From a virus (taxonomy: Duplodnaviria; Caudoviricetes), in the IMG/VR virus record IMGVR_UViG_3300032007_000014: a stretch of 64,000 bases of DNA; one strand, 5' to 3'. The notes beneath the pieces are model-generated. The model saw only the letters and a program-made list of their open reading frames with translations. It ran no database searches and was not told the DNA's origin. Position 1 is the first letter of the stretch. Each line of letters opens with the position of its first letter. This document shows, piece after piece, positions 47,258 to 57,634 of this stretch. A program made the position numbers and the translations under genes.

Positions 47258-48940
47258 ATGGCTGACCTTATCAATTTCAAACAGGCTCTGATGGCTGAAG
47301 CTGAGAAGACTCAGGAGCTGCCTCCCGTTGTCATGTCCGAATCCACTGATCTCGGACAGATGGTCTCTCGTATCACTGGTGTCGACAATCGTGGCGAAGG
47401 CGAAAGCGCTGCCGCTCTTGTCGGTCGTTATGTCGACGAGTTCACTCGCGCTCTGAATGAAGAGGCGAATGCTGATGTTCTCAAGATCTATCAGGAAGTC
47501 GTTGATGTGATTTCTGACAAGATCCTCCACGTGTTCGGCGAAATCTCAGCCGCCAAGACACACGCCGAAGAAAAAGCCGGCGAAATGGAGAAGATCAAGA
47601 ACGATATTCTCGCTCGCGATCCTTACGTTGCCGCACACATCAAGGCACCGGAACTCAACATCGATTTCCCGATGTTTGACTGGAGTGCGATCAGCGTGGT
47701 CGGGTCTAAGGCTTACATCATCGGTCGCGTGAATGGATCCGTGACTGTTGATGAACAGGAAGTTCCGGAATCCTTCTCGATGCATCACTTCAATCTCGCT
47801 GTTGAAGAGATGAAGAAAATGGAAGGAATCAAGGATGTGGAATTCACGCCTGAAACTTCCGGAGTCATCATCGACACGATCGCCGAAAACTGCACGATGC
47901 CGAAAGAAGACATCATTGTCGGCTTCCAGTATCTGAAGACAGCTACGGCTTTCAATCAGGTGATCAATCTGCTCGCTGAGAAAGATCTCGATCCTTCCAA
48001 GATCTTCAGCAACATCCTGTATTTCTCAGGAACGATCGAGAAAGTGTCCTGTGTCATCACAGCGATCACTTCCGATATCGTCGATCTTGGCGCCGCCAAT
48101 CGAAAACTGATCGATGACAACATCAGCGTTGCTCGCGTCTATCTCGAACTGATGGCGTACTACATCGCCATGCATCGTGAGACGTCTTATGCAGACGCAC
48201 TGCTTCTTCCGAACGGTGCTCTGAACAAAGACACCTATGATGCATTCGTCGCAGAAGGTGGTAAGAACATCATGATCGCGCATTACATCCGCGCCATGTT
48301 CAAAGATGATCTGTCCGCCATCCCTGTCCGTGGCGTTCCTGCTTCCAGCATCATCAAGAGTGCAACTGCTCTTGAAGAGCGTGTGAAGAGAGATATTGCG
48401 AACGTCGAACAGCGCATCCAGATCGCAACCAACCAGGCCCGCATCGCGGCATTCAAACACATTGCTGGTCAGTATATCAACAGTGCTATTGCACAGCTGA
48501 TTCCCGATGCAGATGATGTGCAGAAGGCTGCCGCCGCAAACAAGGTCTTCGTTGCAGTTGCACCTGCAATCGTTCACGCGATCAACATGTACGACATCTC
48601 GTTCATGGATGCAGCACTTTCACTCATCATGGAAGTCAGCTATCCGAACACCTTTGTGTTCGCCATGTTCAAGAAACTCGGCGCCGCCTATGTCAACCGC
48701 GTTGACCTTGGTGGAAATGTTGATCAAGCGGCGATCGACATCGCAGAAACAGGCGTCATTGCTGACATCGTCAGCGAGTTCGTTGTGAAGAAACTGTACT
48801 GCTATGAGGAGTGCAAAGACATGACTCCGAAAGCACCGGTTGTCCCACAGCAACCCGCTCCTGCTCCAGCACCTGCAGAAGGTGAGCCATCCGAACAACC
48901 GGATGCTGATCCGAATGCAGCACCTGCTCAGGAAAACTGA
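47258..48940 (+). CDS. hypothetical, probably abundant virion protein
   Basis: Start revised to MADLINF with GGAGG RBS; strong codon bias; Pro/Ala-rich tail. Confidence 0.75.
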   Translation: MADLINFKQALMAEAEKTQELPPVVMSESTDLGQMVSRITGVDNRGEGESAAALVGRYVDEFTRALNEEANADVLKIYQEVVDVISDKILHVFGEISAAKTHAEEKAGEMEKIKNDILARDPYVAAHIKAPELNIDFPMFDWSAISVVGSKAYIIGRVNGSVTVDEQEVPESFSMHHFNLAVEEMKKMEGIKDVEFTPETSGVIIDTIAENCTMPKEDIIVGFQYLKTATAFNQVINLLAEKDLDPSKIFSNILYFSGTIEKVSCVITAITSDIVDLGAANRKLIDDNISVARVYLELMAYYIAMHRETSYADALLLPNGALNKDTYDAFVAEGGKNIMIAHYIRAMFKDDLSAIPVRGVPASSIIKSATALEERVKRDIANVEQRIQIATNQARIAAFKHIAGQYINSAIAQLIPDADDVQKAAAANKVFVAVAPAIVHAINMYDISFMDAALSLIMEVSYPNTFVFAMFKKLGAAYVNRVDLGGNVDQAAIDIAETGVIADIVSEFVVKKLYCYEECKDMTPKAPVVPQQPAPAPAPAEGEPSEQPDADPNAAPAQEN

Positions 48941-48957
48941 CACAAAAAAAGAATAAG

Positions 48958-48991
48958 CATCTAAGGTGTGGATTACTCCACACCTTAGATG
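48958..48991. terminator. bidirectional terminator
   Basis: CATCTAAGGTGTGGA-N4-TCCACACCTTAGATG flanked by A- and T-tracts between convergent genes. Confidence 0.85.
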
Positions 48992-49000
48992 TTCTTTTGT

Positions 49001-50332
49001 TCAGTTTCTGATTTGTGCTTGCAATTGAACAGGCAGATCATCAGAGTAATACCAAACAGTGTTGTGCTTGTCATCCTTGAAGATCTGATCTTCGCTGATA
49101 GCGAGATTGGTATGCTTCACCATCGAGTAGATCTCATCAAGAGACCTGTTCCCATCGATAGGTGATACACCAACTCTCCAATGACCGTGATTCGTCATGA
49201 CAAATCCAACCAATACTTCAGAGCATGCTCCGGTGATCGGATGGATCGCATCGAAACAGTAAGGAAGAGCTGATTTGATGACGGGAATGTACGGATGATT
49301 GATCGCGATGCATTTGACAGGAACACTCTCTCCCCAAACAGAGAGGAATGCTTGTGCACGCAGTGCAATCGAATCTGTCTTTGACGCGCACTGATTGATC
49401 GTGAAGTTCGAATCTCTCATGGATTCGTAGGTCTCATATCCTTTGATAACATCCTCAAGTTTTGTCTTGATTTCCTGTTTCTCCGGATAATGAACAGGCC
49501 ATTCAGGTGCATTGAATCCAGCGGCTTTTGGATGACCACCGCCACTGAACTTCTGAGCGATGTCGATGACCTCTTTGATATCATCTGGTGAATACACCGA
49601 ACAACGAAATCTTCCGAAATCACCGAACCAGTTGATCAGCATGAGTGCATCGATTCCTGTCTTGTCAACAGAATCAAAGAACATACTGTTCGCTTGCTTA
49701 TTGTTCGCGACGATAATCTGTCGTCCATCCAATTCCGTTCTGTAACACAGTTCATCAGCCATGGTTTTATTCCTGAGTTTGATATACTCAGAAATAGGTT
49801 TACCGTGATCGATGATCTGATCCAGTTTGAATTTCTCATTGTTGAGAAGATCTGCCCACATTCCAGCAGATTTGGTTCCAGGACGAACATCGAAGAGATC
49901 CATACCGTAGATGAACGGACCAGTGTTCTCGTATTTCCATTTCCATAGGTCGAAGTCACCGATGAGTTTGATGCACTCTGGCATTGGTTCTTCTGGGAAG
50001 AAGAATGTCCATGCCAATTCCGCACCACTCATGTCATCTCTGCGAACACCATCGATGGTGTTGAGACCAGCAGATTCGAGTTTGTCGTAGTTGTTCTTGT
50101 GATGATCGATCCAGATGATCTTGTTTCCTCTGGACTGAAGATTGCGGAATTCCTCATATGTCAATGAGAAATCCGTAACAACCACAGTTGCTCCAGGTTG
50201 GATCTTCCAGAATGGAATGGGTTTTCCATAGTTGGTTACGATACATTCCGCATTCGGGAATCGTCTTTTGACTATGGCACCAGCGCCATATCCATCGATA
50301 TCACAGTGCGTGATACAGGTTACTGGGATCAT
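49001..50332 (-). CDS. DHH/DHHA1 phosphoesterase (NrnB-like)
   Basis: HCDIDG, TDFS, WIDHH, DLW, GGGHPKAAG; early promoter at 50378. Confidence 0.88.
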   Translation of the reverse strand: MIPVTCITHCDIDGYGAGAIVKRRFPNAECIVTNYGKPIPFWKIQPGATVVVTDFSLTYEEFRNLQSRGNKIIWIDHHKNNYDKLESAGLNTIDGVRRDDMSGAELAWTFFFPEEPMPECIKLIGDFDLWKWKYENTGPFIYGMDLFDVRPGTKSAGMWADLLNNEKFKLDQIIDHGKPISEYIKLRNKTMADELCYRTELDGRQIIVANNKQANSMFFDSVDKTGIDALMLINWFGDFGRFRCSVYSPDDIKEVIDIAQKFSGGGHPKAAGFNAPEWPVHYPEKQEIKTKLEDVIKGYETYESMRDSNFTINQCASKTDSIALRAQAFLSVWGESVPVKCIAINHPYIPVIKSALPYCFDAIHPITGACSEVLVGFVMTNHGHWRVGVSPIDGNRSLDEIYSMVKHTNLAISEDQIFKDDKHNTVWYYSDDLPVQLQAQIRN

Positions 50333-50519
50333 AATGAGACTCCTTTCATTTGTTGAAGATTAACTCATACCATTTATGTAATATATACTTTAAAACATGC
50401 TGGCAAAATCAACGATTTAGCACAAGCCAACGCCATTTTATACATATTTTGAAAAAGGAAAACATTATCTTTTCCAAGAACAATTAAGGCAATTGTTTTA
50501 ACTAACAGGAGAAACAATC

Positions 50520-53500
50520 ATGGCTGGAACCCTGATTTACGATGCGTCAGCTGGTAGGTACCAGTACGTCATCGGAGGAAGCAGTTCCCAAGCGAAGTCC
50601 GTCAAAAAGGTTGTGACTATCGCTGAGCGTGATGCGCTCAAAGACAAGACAACTGATGTGATGGTGATGGAAGCGTACCGTGATGATCCAACTGTCGAAA
50701 CAGGGTGGGCTATTTACACGTACGTTGAATCGTCCGGTACATGGGTGAAGATAGGTGAACAGGAGTCGATGGACATCACTGTGTCACTTACCGGACTTGG
50801 CTTCACAAAAACTGCTCAAGAGTACAATGCTGCAGTCGACAACAGTCACTCCCATGTGACCGTTGGCAACGTGAAGAACACTTCTGTTCTTTATGCGGCT
50901 TATGAAGGAAACGTGGACTTCACCGCATTCACGCAGGTGTCGCTCCCTACATTCGATGAAGTGAGTGAGTTCCGTGCACTGTATCAGAAAGCAGTGTACA
51001 TCGGTGATGGTGAACCCTACTACATCGAGTCGTCTTCATTCACGAACAACTCCAATAAGTTTACTGGTATTTCCATCTCTGTAAATGACAGTATCATTGA
51101 TGAAAACACAAGACTTACGAACGTGACACAGATTACTGGTTCTATCGATACTCTTGCAGTGATCGATTCCGGCAAACTGTATGTCGTTGCCATCCCCAAT
51201 AGAGGTGGATCTTCGGTGATGTATCCGAAGAAGACAACTGATGCCACGTTCCAGGCAGGAAAACTGTACTACACACGTACTTCATTCAATGGAACCACTT
51301 CGTATATCTATACGAGGGCTTATGTCACCGCAGGTGAAACCAGAACTGGTGATTACTATGAAGGTGGTATCGCCAAGTGCGGCACTCTGCTCGGGGACAA
51401 TCAGTACAGTATTCCTGGTACTGCCTACACTCAGGTTGGAACGGATTCCAACTGGGAACAGATTGGTGCACTGCATCTCGCGTGGGCTGCCATCAAAGGT
51501 GACGGAAACAACGGACACGTTCTCTACATGGCTGGTATTAACGTCAGCTATCAGCTCGGTACTGCTGCGTATCCGAACACAACTGATCTTGTTCAAACAG
51601 CAAAGATCGACAATGAACTTTCTGGTTTCTCCACTGCATATTTCGAGAAAGTTCCGTACTATCTGAACGAGTTCAAACCGATCACAGTTGTTGAAAACAA
51701 CACACGTGTTATTCCTACTGACTGGTTGGATTTCTCGCTTGGTGGTTATTACACCATGGCACGTCGTGGTAACGGTACTACAGTGACTTACAATGGAGTC
51801 ACCTTCAAGAAGGGTACTCTGTGGCTCTGGGGTCAGAACCATGATGGTTGCTTGGGTGACGGTTACCACACCATGCATGATATGACATCGAGTGACATTC
51901 AGAATTTCAAGGATCCTGATGGAAACAACTATCCGTCTGAAATCACTCCTTGCGAAGTCGGTCGTGCAGAACCCAAACCTTTGGCTTGCATTGTCGACAA
52001 CAGTGAAGTTGTTTATGACGACTGGGTGGATTATTCTGCTGGTTGGTACCATGCAGTTGCACTCCGTTATGTCAACAAAGGCAACGGTGTTTATGAATCC
52101 GAAGTTTACCTTTGGGGTTCGAATGAATACGGATGCCTCGGCAACGGTAACTATCTGAACTATCGTCTGCAGGAAGATGGCACGTATGAAGTATCGGAAG
52201 ACGGTATCGAATATGTTGACAGACCTCGTCTGCTCACGACTGCTGAATTCCCATACAAGGATGTTGTTGCAGTTCGTGCCAACCATTACGCGGTGATTTT
52301 GGTTCGTGCCAATGGTGAAGCTTACTATGCTGGTTGCAACAAACGCAATCAGTTGGGTATCACTGCAGCAGGTGGAGATGCCGTCAATCTGGCAACCTTC
52401 ACCAAGATGTCTTCCTTCTTCAAGGATGCATATTGGGATGCTGAGACTTACGGTGGATTCGTCCTCCGTGATGTTCCGTATCTCACGAATGCCGCAGATC
52501 CGATCTACAAGAACATCTTCACCGGTGACATGTCTCTGAACAAGATCGCAAATGCTGTGACCAACAGTCATACGCACGTTGCGTCAACAGATGACATTGA
52601 TGCTGTTGTGCTGTCCGCAAAACAGTTCCTCAATAACTACGAAGCAGTTCTTTCGAATTTGCACTCGAATCCGGCAACTGGTTGGCACACCAACATGTCC
52701 GTGCTGAACAAGCTGAGTGCCTCTGGCAATACTCTGCTGTTCAATGGCAACCCGATCGAAGGAAGTGGCGGTGGATCTGGAACTGGTGTCGTCGTGGATG
52801 CTTCGAACGAACGTCTTGATGACACTGTTGATATCACCGGATTCAACAACATCGCTGGTGGTATGCCTCTGGAAGTCATCAGTTACAATGCCACGATGTC
52901 TCCTGTTGGATACATTCTGCGCGTTGCACCATCCGGTGGTCAGTACCATCGCACATCCCGTTGGGAATCCGTCGGAACTCTCAATGCTGCGGGCACTTAC
53001 ACCGAACTGCTGACAGTTGAAGCACAGTCGAAGGGACTTATCGCTGTCATGTCGGGCAGTCCCACGATCAACAAGATCGTGAACAGCACAGGTGACATCA
53101 AGTCACTGCTTACCACCATCAGAGATGCATCCTCGAATCCGCAAACTCTTACTCTCTACTACATTGCTTTCAATGATCAGGGAGAGATGATCAGGAGTTC
53201 TCAAGCGTATACGACTATCCAGCAGAACAATCTGAAGGGCGGTACGATCAGCAGTCTGGTCTACAAGTCCGCGGATGATGGAGAGTATCTCCCGATTGAC
53301 GACATGCAGAGTTCCGGACTCAACGAGAACTACGATGAAACAGAGCAGTGGATTGACCTCTATGACAGCAATCATGTTCTGAAGTTTGATGGAGCGGATG
53401 CGGAAGCTGCTGCAACAGCAGGAACTCCGTATTACTTCAACAACGGAACTCAGAACACAACGGAAGTCAAATCGTCCGCTGAGATCTGCATTCCGAAGGG

Positions 53501-55295
53501 TCATGAAGGCACGACTCCGATCTATCACTCTGTGGTGGATTCCAACGGAGATGTTGTCATCAGTGCGGCAACTATCGCGGAAGGTCTGTACAAGAAGGAA
53601 GGTTCTTCCTACAACAGCATCACAGAACGCGATATTCCTGAAACGTTCAATGAGTCTCTGTTCACATCCGGTGAGATCTACATTCATCCATCGAAGTCGG
53701 ATTTCACCGCACTTGCGAATCAGAAGTACGCATACAATCCAGTTCGCAACACGTACCAGTACAAGTACAAGGTCACAACGGATGCGACATTCCAGGCCAA
53801 CAAGAACTACTATCAGCTGAATTCCACGCTGAATGTGTACACGAAGGCCACTGTGACTCCAGGAAACACAAGGTCCGGTACGTACTACGAAGAAGACGGC
53901 ATTGAGTCCGTCATTCTTCTGCTGACAGGTCCTGTCGGATCGGATGCCAATTCTTCAACATCTGAGAATTTCGCTCCTGGTTCTGTCGAAGATCCCATGA
54001 TGGCGGTCATTCCTTCTGATTATCGCGGATATTCTGCGAGCGTCAGTGGTGAATATAACTCCGCAATCGGATTCAACTCAACAGTCGCTGGTAACTCCAA
54101 CGATGTGTTCGGTCACTTCTCGCAGACAACTGGTCTCGCCAACATCATCGTTGGTATGAGCTCTGTTGCGTATGGTGATAGCAACACAGTTGCGGCAGAT
54201 GAATCCTTCGCCATGGGAAGCGGTAACGTCGTCGGTGGTGATCGTAACTATGTGTTTGGTTCAGCGAACCACACCTATGGTTACTACGGATTCGTCTACG
54301 GTACTCGCAACTTCACCTATGGTGTTGATGCGTTTGTCGTGGGTAACTCCAACCACACCATGGGATCCAGGTCCTATGTGATCGGTCAGCAAGTGAAGGT
54401 CATGAAAGGTGCGAACGATTCAATGGTCGTCGGCTATGGCATTGATGTCTATGCTGAGAAAGCCATTGTGTTCGGACGCAATGCGAGTGTTCCGAAGTTT
54501 GTCGGCAACTATGTTGACGAAAACTCCGATACCATCAAGTCGATGTCTCTTGCCTCCTATGTGGCAAGTTACGACCAAATCTTCATCAGCAACAAGGAAG
54601 GTCTCTTCATTGGTGATGGTCTGAAGAATGGTCAGAATCTGACAACGATCTTCCCTGCATCTCTGACGAAATACAGATGCCGTCCGAATCCGGAATACTT
54701 CGATGCATCGACAAGTGCGAGAACATCAAAAGATCCGTATCTGTATGAACCTTATCTGCAGTGGAACTTCGTCGGCGCCATGCACATGTATTTCTCAGAT
54801 CCCACACAGGTTGGCAACACAACTAACTACACGTATTCACAGCGTGATGGTGGTCGTGTCAAGACCTTTGATAAGGGTCTGGAGATCGGCAGTCCTTCAA
54901 GTGAGTCGACAGTTCTTCTTGACTTCGACAAAGCCACTCGTTGGAAACTTGGAGAGATTGGCGCTGCAAGCGACAGCGGACTTATCAAAGTGGAAGCACA
55001 CAACTTTGTTGATGGTGCTGAAGCTTACATCGTTCTCTATGCGAAGGCAAATGTGTCTTGGTCTCTGCTTACCGGGACAACCAGTACGGCATATGGAACG
55101 AACAAATTCGCTGCTGTCAAATGGGTCAACGAAACTCAAGTCATTGATGGAGTTGAAGTGGTTACTCCTGTCAACGGACAGGGCATGACCAGCGGATACG
55201 CTCTCTTGAAACTCATGGTTGTCAAGTCCGGTGTTTCCAATGGTGTTGATCAGCTTGATCTCATCATCGAAACCGTGGTTAACACCTTGAGCTGA
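50520..55295 (+). CDS. tail fibre/adhesin with RCC1-like repeats and YadA-head-like beta-roll
   Basis: LWLWGQNHDGCLG, YLWGSNEYGCLG, SAGWYHAVAL repeats; 14-residue G..N/S repeats (SAIGFNSTVAGNSN...); HxH motifs. Confidence 0.75.
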   Translation: MAGTLIYDASAGRYQYVIGGSSSQAKSVKKVVTIAERDALKDKTTDVMVMEAYRDDPTVETGWAIYTYVESSGTWVKIGEQESMDITVSLTGLGFTKTAQEYNAAVDNSHSHVTVGNVKNTSVLYAAYEGNVDFTAFTQVSLPTFDEVSEFRALYQKAVYIGDGEPYYIESSSFTNNSNKFTGISISVNDSIIDENTRLTNVTQITGSIDTLAVIDSGKLYVVAIPNRGGSSVMYPKKTTDATFQAGKLYYTRTSFNGTTSYIYTRAYVTAGETRTGDYYEGGIAKCGTLLGDNQYSIPGTAYTQVGTDSNWEQIGALHLAWAAIKGDGNNGHVLYMAGINVSYQLGTAAYPNTTDLVQTAKIDNELSGFSTAYFEKVPYYLNEFKPITVVENNTRVIPTDWLDFSLGGYYTMARRGNGTTVTYNGVTFKKGTLWLWGQNHDGCLGDGYHTMHDMTSSDIQNFKDPDGNNYPSEITPCEVGRAEPKPLACIVDNSEVVYDDWVDYSAGWYHAVALRYVNKGNGVYESEVYLWGSNEYGCLGNGNYLNYRLQEDGTYEVSEDGIEYVDRPRLLTTAEFPYKDVVAVRANHYAVILVRANGEAYYAGCNKRNQLGITAAGGDAVNLATFTKMSSFFKDAYWDAETYGGFVLRDVPYLTNAADPIYKNIFTGDMSLNKIANAVTNSHTHVASTDDIDAVVLSAKQFLNNYEAVLSNLHSNPATGWHTNMSVLNKLSASGNTLLFNGNPIEGSGGGSGTGVVVDASNERLDDTVDITGFNNIAGGMPLEVISYNATMSPVGYILRVAPSGGQYHRTSRWESVGTLNAAGTYTELLTVEAQSKGLIAVMSGSPTINKIVNSTGDIKSLLTTIRDASSNPQTLTLYYIAFNDQGEMIRSSQAYTTIQQNNLKGGTISSLVYKSADDGEYLPIDDMQSSGLNENYDETEQWIDLYDSNHVLKFDGADAEAAATAGTPYYFNNGTQNTTEVKSSAEICIPKGHEGTTPIYHSVVDSNGDVVISAATIAEGLYKKEGSSYNSITERDIPETFNESLFTSGEIYIHPSKSDFTALANQKYAYNPVRNTYQYKYKVTTDATFQANKNYYQLNSTLNVYTKATVTPGNTRSGTYYEEDGIESVILLLTGPVGSDANSSTSENFAPGSVEDPMMAVIPSDYRGYSASVSGEYNSAIGFNSTVAGNSNDVFGHFSQTTGLANIIVGMSSVAYGDSNTVAADESFAMGSGNVVGGDRNYVFGSANHTYGYYGFVYGTRNFTYGVDAFVVGNSNHTMGSRSYVIGQQVKVMKGANDSMVVGYGIDVYAEKAIVFGRNASVPKFVGNYVDENSDTIKSMSLASYVASYDQIFISNKEGLFIGDGLKNGQNLTTIFPASLTKYRCRPNPEYFDASTSARTSKDPYLYEPYLQWNFVGAMHMYFSDPTQVGNTTNYTYSQRDGGRVKTFDKGLEIGSPSSESTVLLDFDKATRWKLGEIGAASDSGLIKVEAHNFVDGAEAYIVLYAKANVSWSLLTGTTSTAYGTNKFAAVKWVNETQVIDGVEVVTPVNGQGMTSGYALLKLMVVKSGVSNGVDQLDLIIETVVNTLS

Positions 55296-55374
55296 CCACA
55301 TCAGTATCAACTAAGAGAGTGATGCGTGAGCAACACTCCACATCACTCTCTTGTAACTCATTGAACTTATAAGG

Positions 55375-56016
55375 GTGACTATCATGTCAGAATTCGTGTT
55401 TGTAAGAAACGGTGAAGAGATTCCCTACTCCACCCAGTCAGTGACTGTGAAAGAACAGGTGACTGTTGATGTGCAGAAAGCACTGTGGAGCGGAGCTCAG
55501 CGCCTGTCTGTTGAAGCTCTCAATGCTCTCGGCATTGATCTGAAATTCAAGCCGACACAGACAGAAGCAAGAATCATGTTCGAGAAAGTCTCGTTCATGT
55601 ACGGTGCGATTCCTGAATTCGCAACTCGTGTTCAGGAAATGAAGGACATGTACGATTTCCTTGAAATCGCATACGACGCCAAGACGGAAGATGTCGAAGC
55701 AGCTCTCAAGGCGAAATTCGAGAACGCGGACGATCGTGCAGAATACTATGCCCAGTTCCAGGGCGCTCTGCAGAATGTCAAGATCAACTACCAGGCGGGC
55801 AATCGTGCTATGTATGAGTACGATAATGAAATCATCGGCGAAGGCGAAGCATTCGACCCAGTTGATGACTTCATCGTCTGGATGCATCTTCCCATTCTCA
55901 TCAAGTGGCTTCCTGGCACTTATGAGGAGAACGAGATTCCGGAGAAACGTCAGGAAGAAATCGTGACATCTTCGGAACGCGAATCCGTTCTTCGCGGCCA
56001 GATGGCGAACGACTGA
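55375..56016 (+). CDS. hypothetical protein downstream of the tail fibre (possible fibre chaperone)
   Basis: About 210-aa acidic ORF, co-oriented with the fibre gene. Confidence 0.7.
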   Translation: MTIMSEFVFVRNGEEIPYSTQSVTVKEQVTVDVQKALWSGAQRLSVEALNALGIDLKFKPTQTEARIMFEKVSFMYGAIPEFATRVQEMKDMYDFLEIAYDAKTEDVEAALKAKFENADDRAEYYAQFQGALQNVKINYQAGNRAMYEYDNEIIGEGEAFDPVDDFIVWMHLPILIKWLPGTYEENEIPEKRQEEIVTSSERESVLRGQMAND

Positions 56017-56093
56017 TTCTCTATCACAACAACTTAGATCTGATAGGGAGTCTTCATTGACTCCCTATCAGATTCTTTATTTGGAGTTCCATC

Positions 56094-57206
56094 ATGGACA
56101 GTGAAGAAAAAGATATTGAACCGAAGATCAATGAAGAAACACACAATGATGAGTTTCTTCCACCGAGTGATGGTGACGAATATTACGGTGAACCAGTCAC
56201 TCTGAAAGAGAAGATCATCGGTCTCTTGAAAAGTGCTCTCAATTATACAGCATTGGGTTCTCTGTTACCAGGAGCAACAAGAGAGTTCAACGAATTCGAA
56301 TACAAACTCATTCGACATCTCTTCAAGTGCTTTTCGGATTACGAACAAAACATCTCATCATGGTTGTTCGAATATATCGATGTGAATGATGTCAAGTTCG
56401 TTTGGAATATGAATTTGCATACGTCTGGAATCATGGGATCATTCAACCCCCTGCATCCAAAGCAAATTCAAGTGAGTGACATTGCTCATTTCACAACAAG
56501 AATTCTACACAATAAGGGATTCGAAGAAGATGATCCAGATGGAATCATTGGTTATTCACCAATGGCAAACGAATTCAAACCAAGATGGAATGATGTGAAC
56601 ACTGCAGTGTGTGGAATCATGATCAATAACTTTGCAACAATTGTTCATGAAATGACTCACATGTTCCAGTTTGGCATTGCTTGCAAAGTGAAAGAAAATG
56701 CTTCATTCTGGGAGATCTTCCGACTGAAAGTTGTGCTTCCTGTTGGATATGTCTTCAACAGATTGTACACAGCATTTGTTGACAATCCTCTTGTTGACGC
56801 GATTGTCATAAAAGTTCATGAATTTCTTCATCCGAACGAGTTGGAGTACAATACAGACGATGCACATCTTCCATTCTTCTACAAGTTCACACTCGAGTAT
56901 GATGTCGATGAGACAATCGAAAAGAGTGTGAAATTGAAGGAGTTTGTTGAGAAACTCGATCGTGCACTTACCTCCGTGTGTTTCAAATACAGACAAGATC
57001 CAACGGATCCTGAGAACGCACATGTCCACATTGGCTGCACACCAGAAGAACTTGCGGAGATGAAAAAATCACACGAATTGACAGTCCAGATGGCTATGGA
57101 AGAAAACGGTCCCAAGATCTGGAAATATGCTGAAGAATTGTATCAGATGCATGTTGAAGAACGTGATCGTATCCTTGCCAAACATGGATACAAAAAAGAA
57201 AAATAA
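56094..57206 (+). CDS. HExxH zinc metallopeptidase-like protein
   Basis: TIVHEMTHMFQ motif preceded by G.F. Confidence 0.65.
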   Translation: MDSEEKDIEPKINEETHNDEFLPPSDGDEYYGEPVTLKEKIIGLLKSALNYTALGSLLPGATREFNEFEYKLIRHLFKCFSDYEQNISSWLFEYIDVNDVKFVWNMNLHTSGIMGSFNPLHPKQIQVSDIAHFTTRILHNKGFEEDDPDGIIGYSPMANEFKPRWNDVNTAVCGIMINNFATIVHEMTHMFQFGIACKVKENASFWEIFRLKVVLPVGYVFNRLYTAFVDNPLVDAIVIKVHEFLHPNELEYNTDDAHLPFFYKFTLEYDVDETIEKSVKLKEFVEKLDRALTSVCFKYRQDPTDPENAHVHIGCTPEELAEMKKSHELTVQMAMEENGPKIWKYAEELYQMHVEERDRILAKHGYKKEK

Positions 57207-57259
57207 GTCATCTATCATCTCTGGTGCGGAGAACATCCGCACCAGAGTGATGATGATTT

Positions 57260-57496
57260 TCAATTCAGACCCATTTCTAAATATGAAGAACGAATCTCTT
57301 TCATTACTCTCAATCTCTCTTGGAGAATCGCGGTACGTTCCTCATCGAATAGGACGCTTACAAGAATCTCCGAAGAAAGTTTTTCGATTGTTGATTGTAA
57401 CAATTCTTCGAGAACGTACCCGTCTCGTTCGAACGATTTGAGAATTGAGCGGATCCGACGAGAAAGATGTTTCTGTTTTGGGGCGGGTGTGGACAT
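57260..57496 (-). CDS. small early protein
   Basis: 78 aa, GGAGG RBS, ATATATTAC at 57583-57591. Confidence 0.7.
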   Translation of the reverse strand: MSTPAPKQKHLSRRIRSILKSFERDGYVLEELLQSTIEKLSSEILVSVLFDEERTAILQERLRVMKEIRSSYLEMGLN

Positions 57497-57634
57497 TGTG
57501 TACCTCCATTGTGTTATTTTTTACGTGACTTGATCATCTAATACAAGAGATGATTGCCTACAAGTCACACGACTTCACGTGAGTAATATATAGACATTTT
57601 CTTATAAACTACACCCAACAACAAGGAGTTCAAC

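Noticed and set aside
51282-52577. 431-aa minus-strand ORF and similar long antisense ORFs (28695-29690, 33126-33989, 39332-40135, 8072-8875)
   Set aside because: Antisense shadows of well-supported genes
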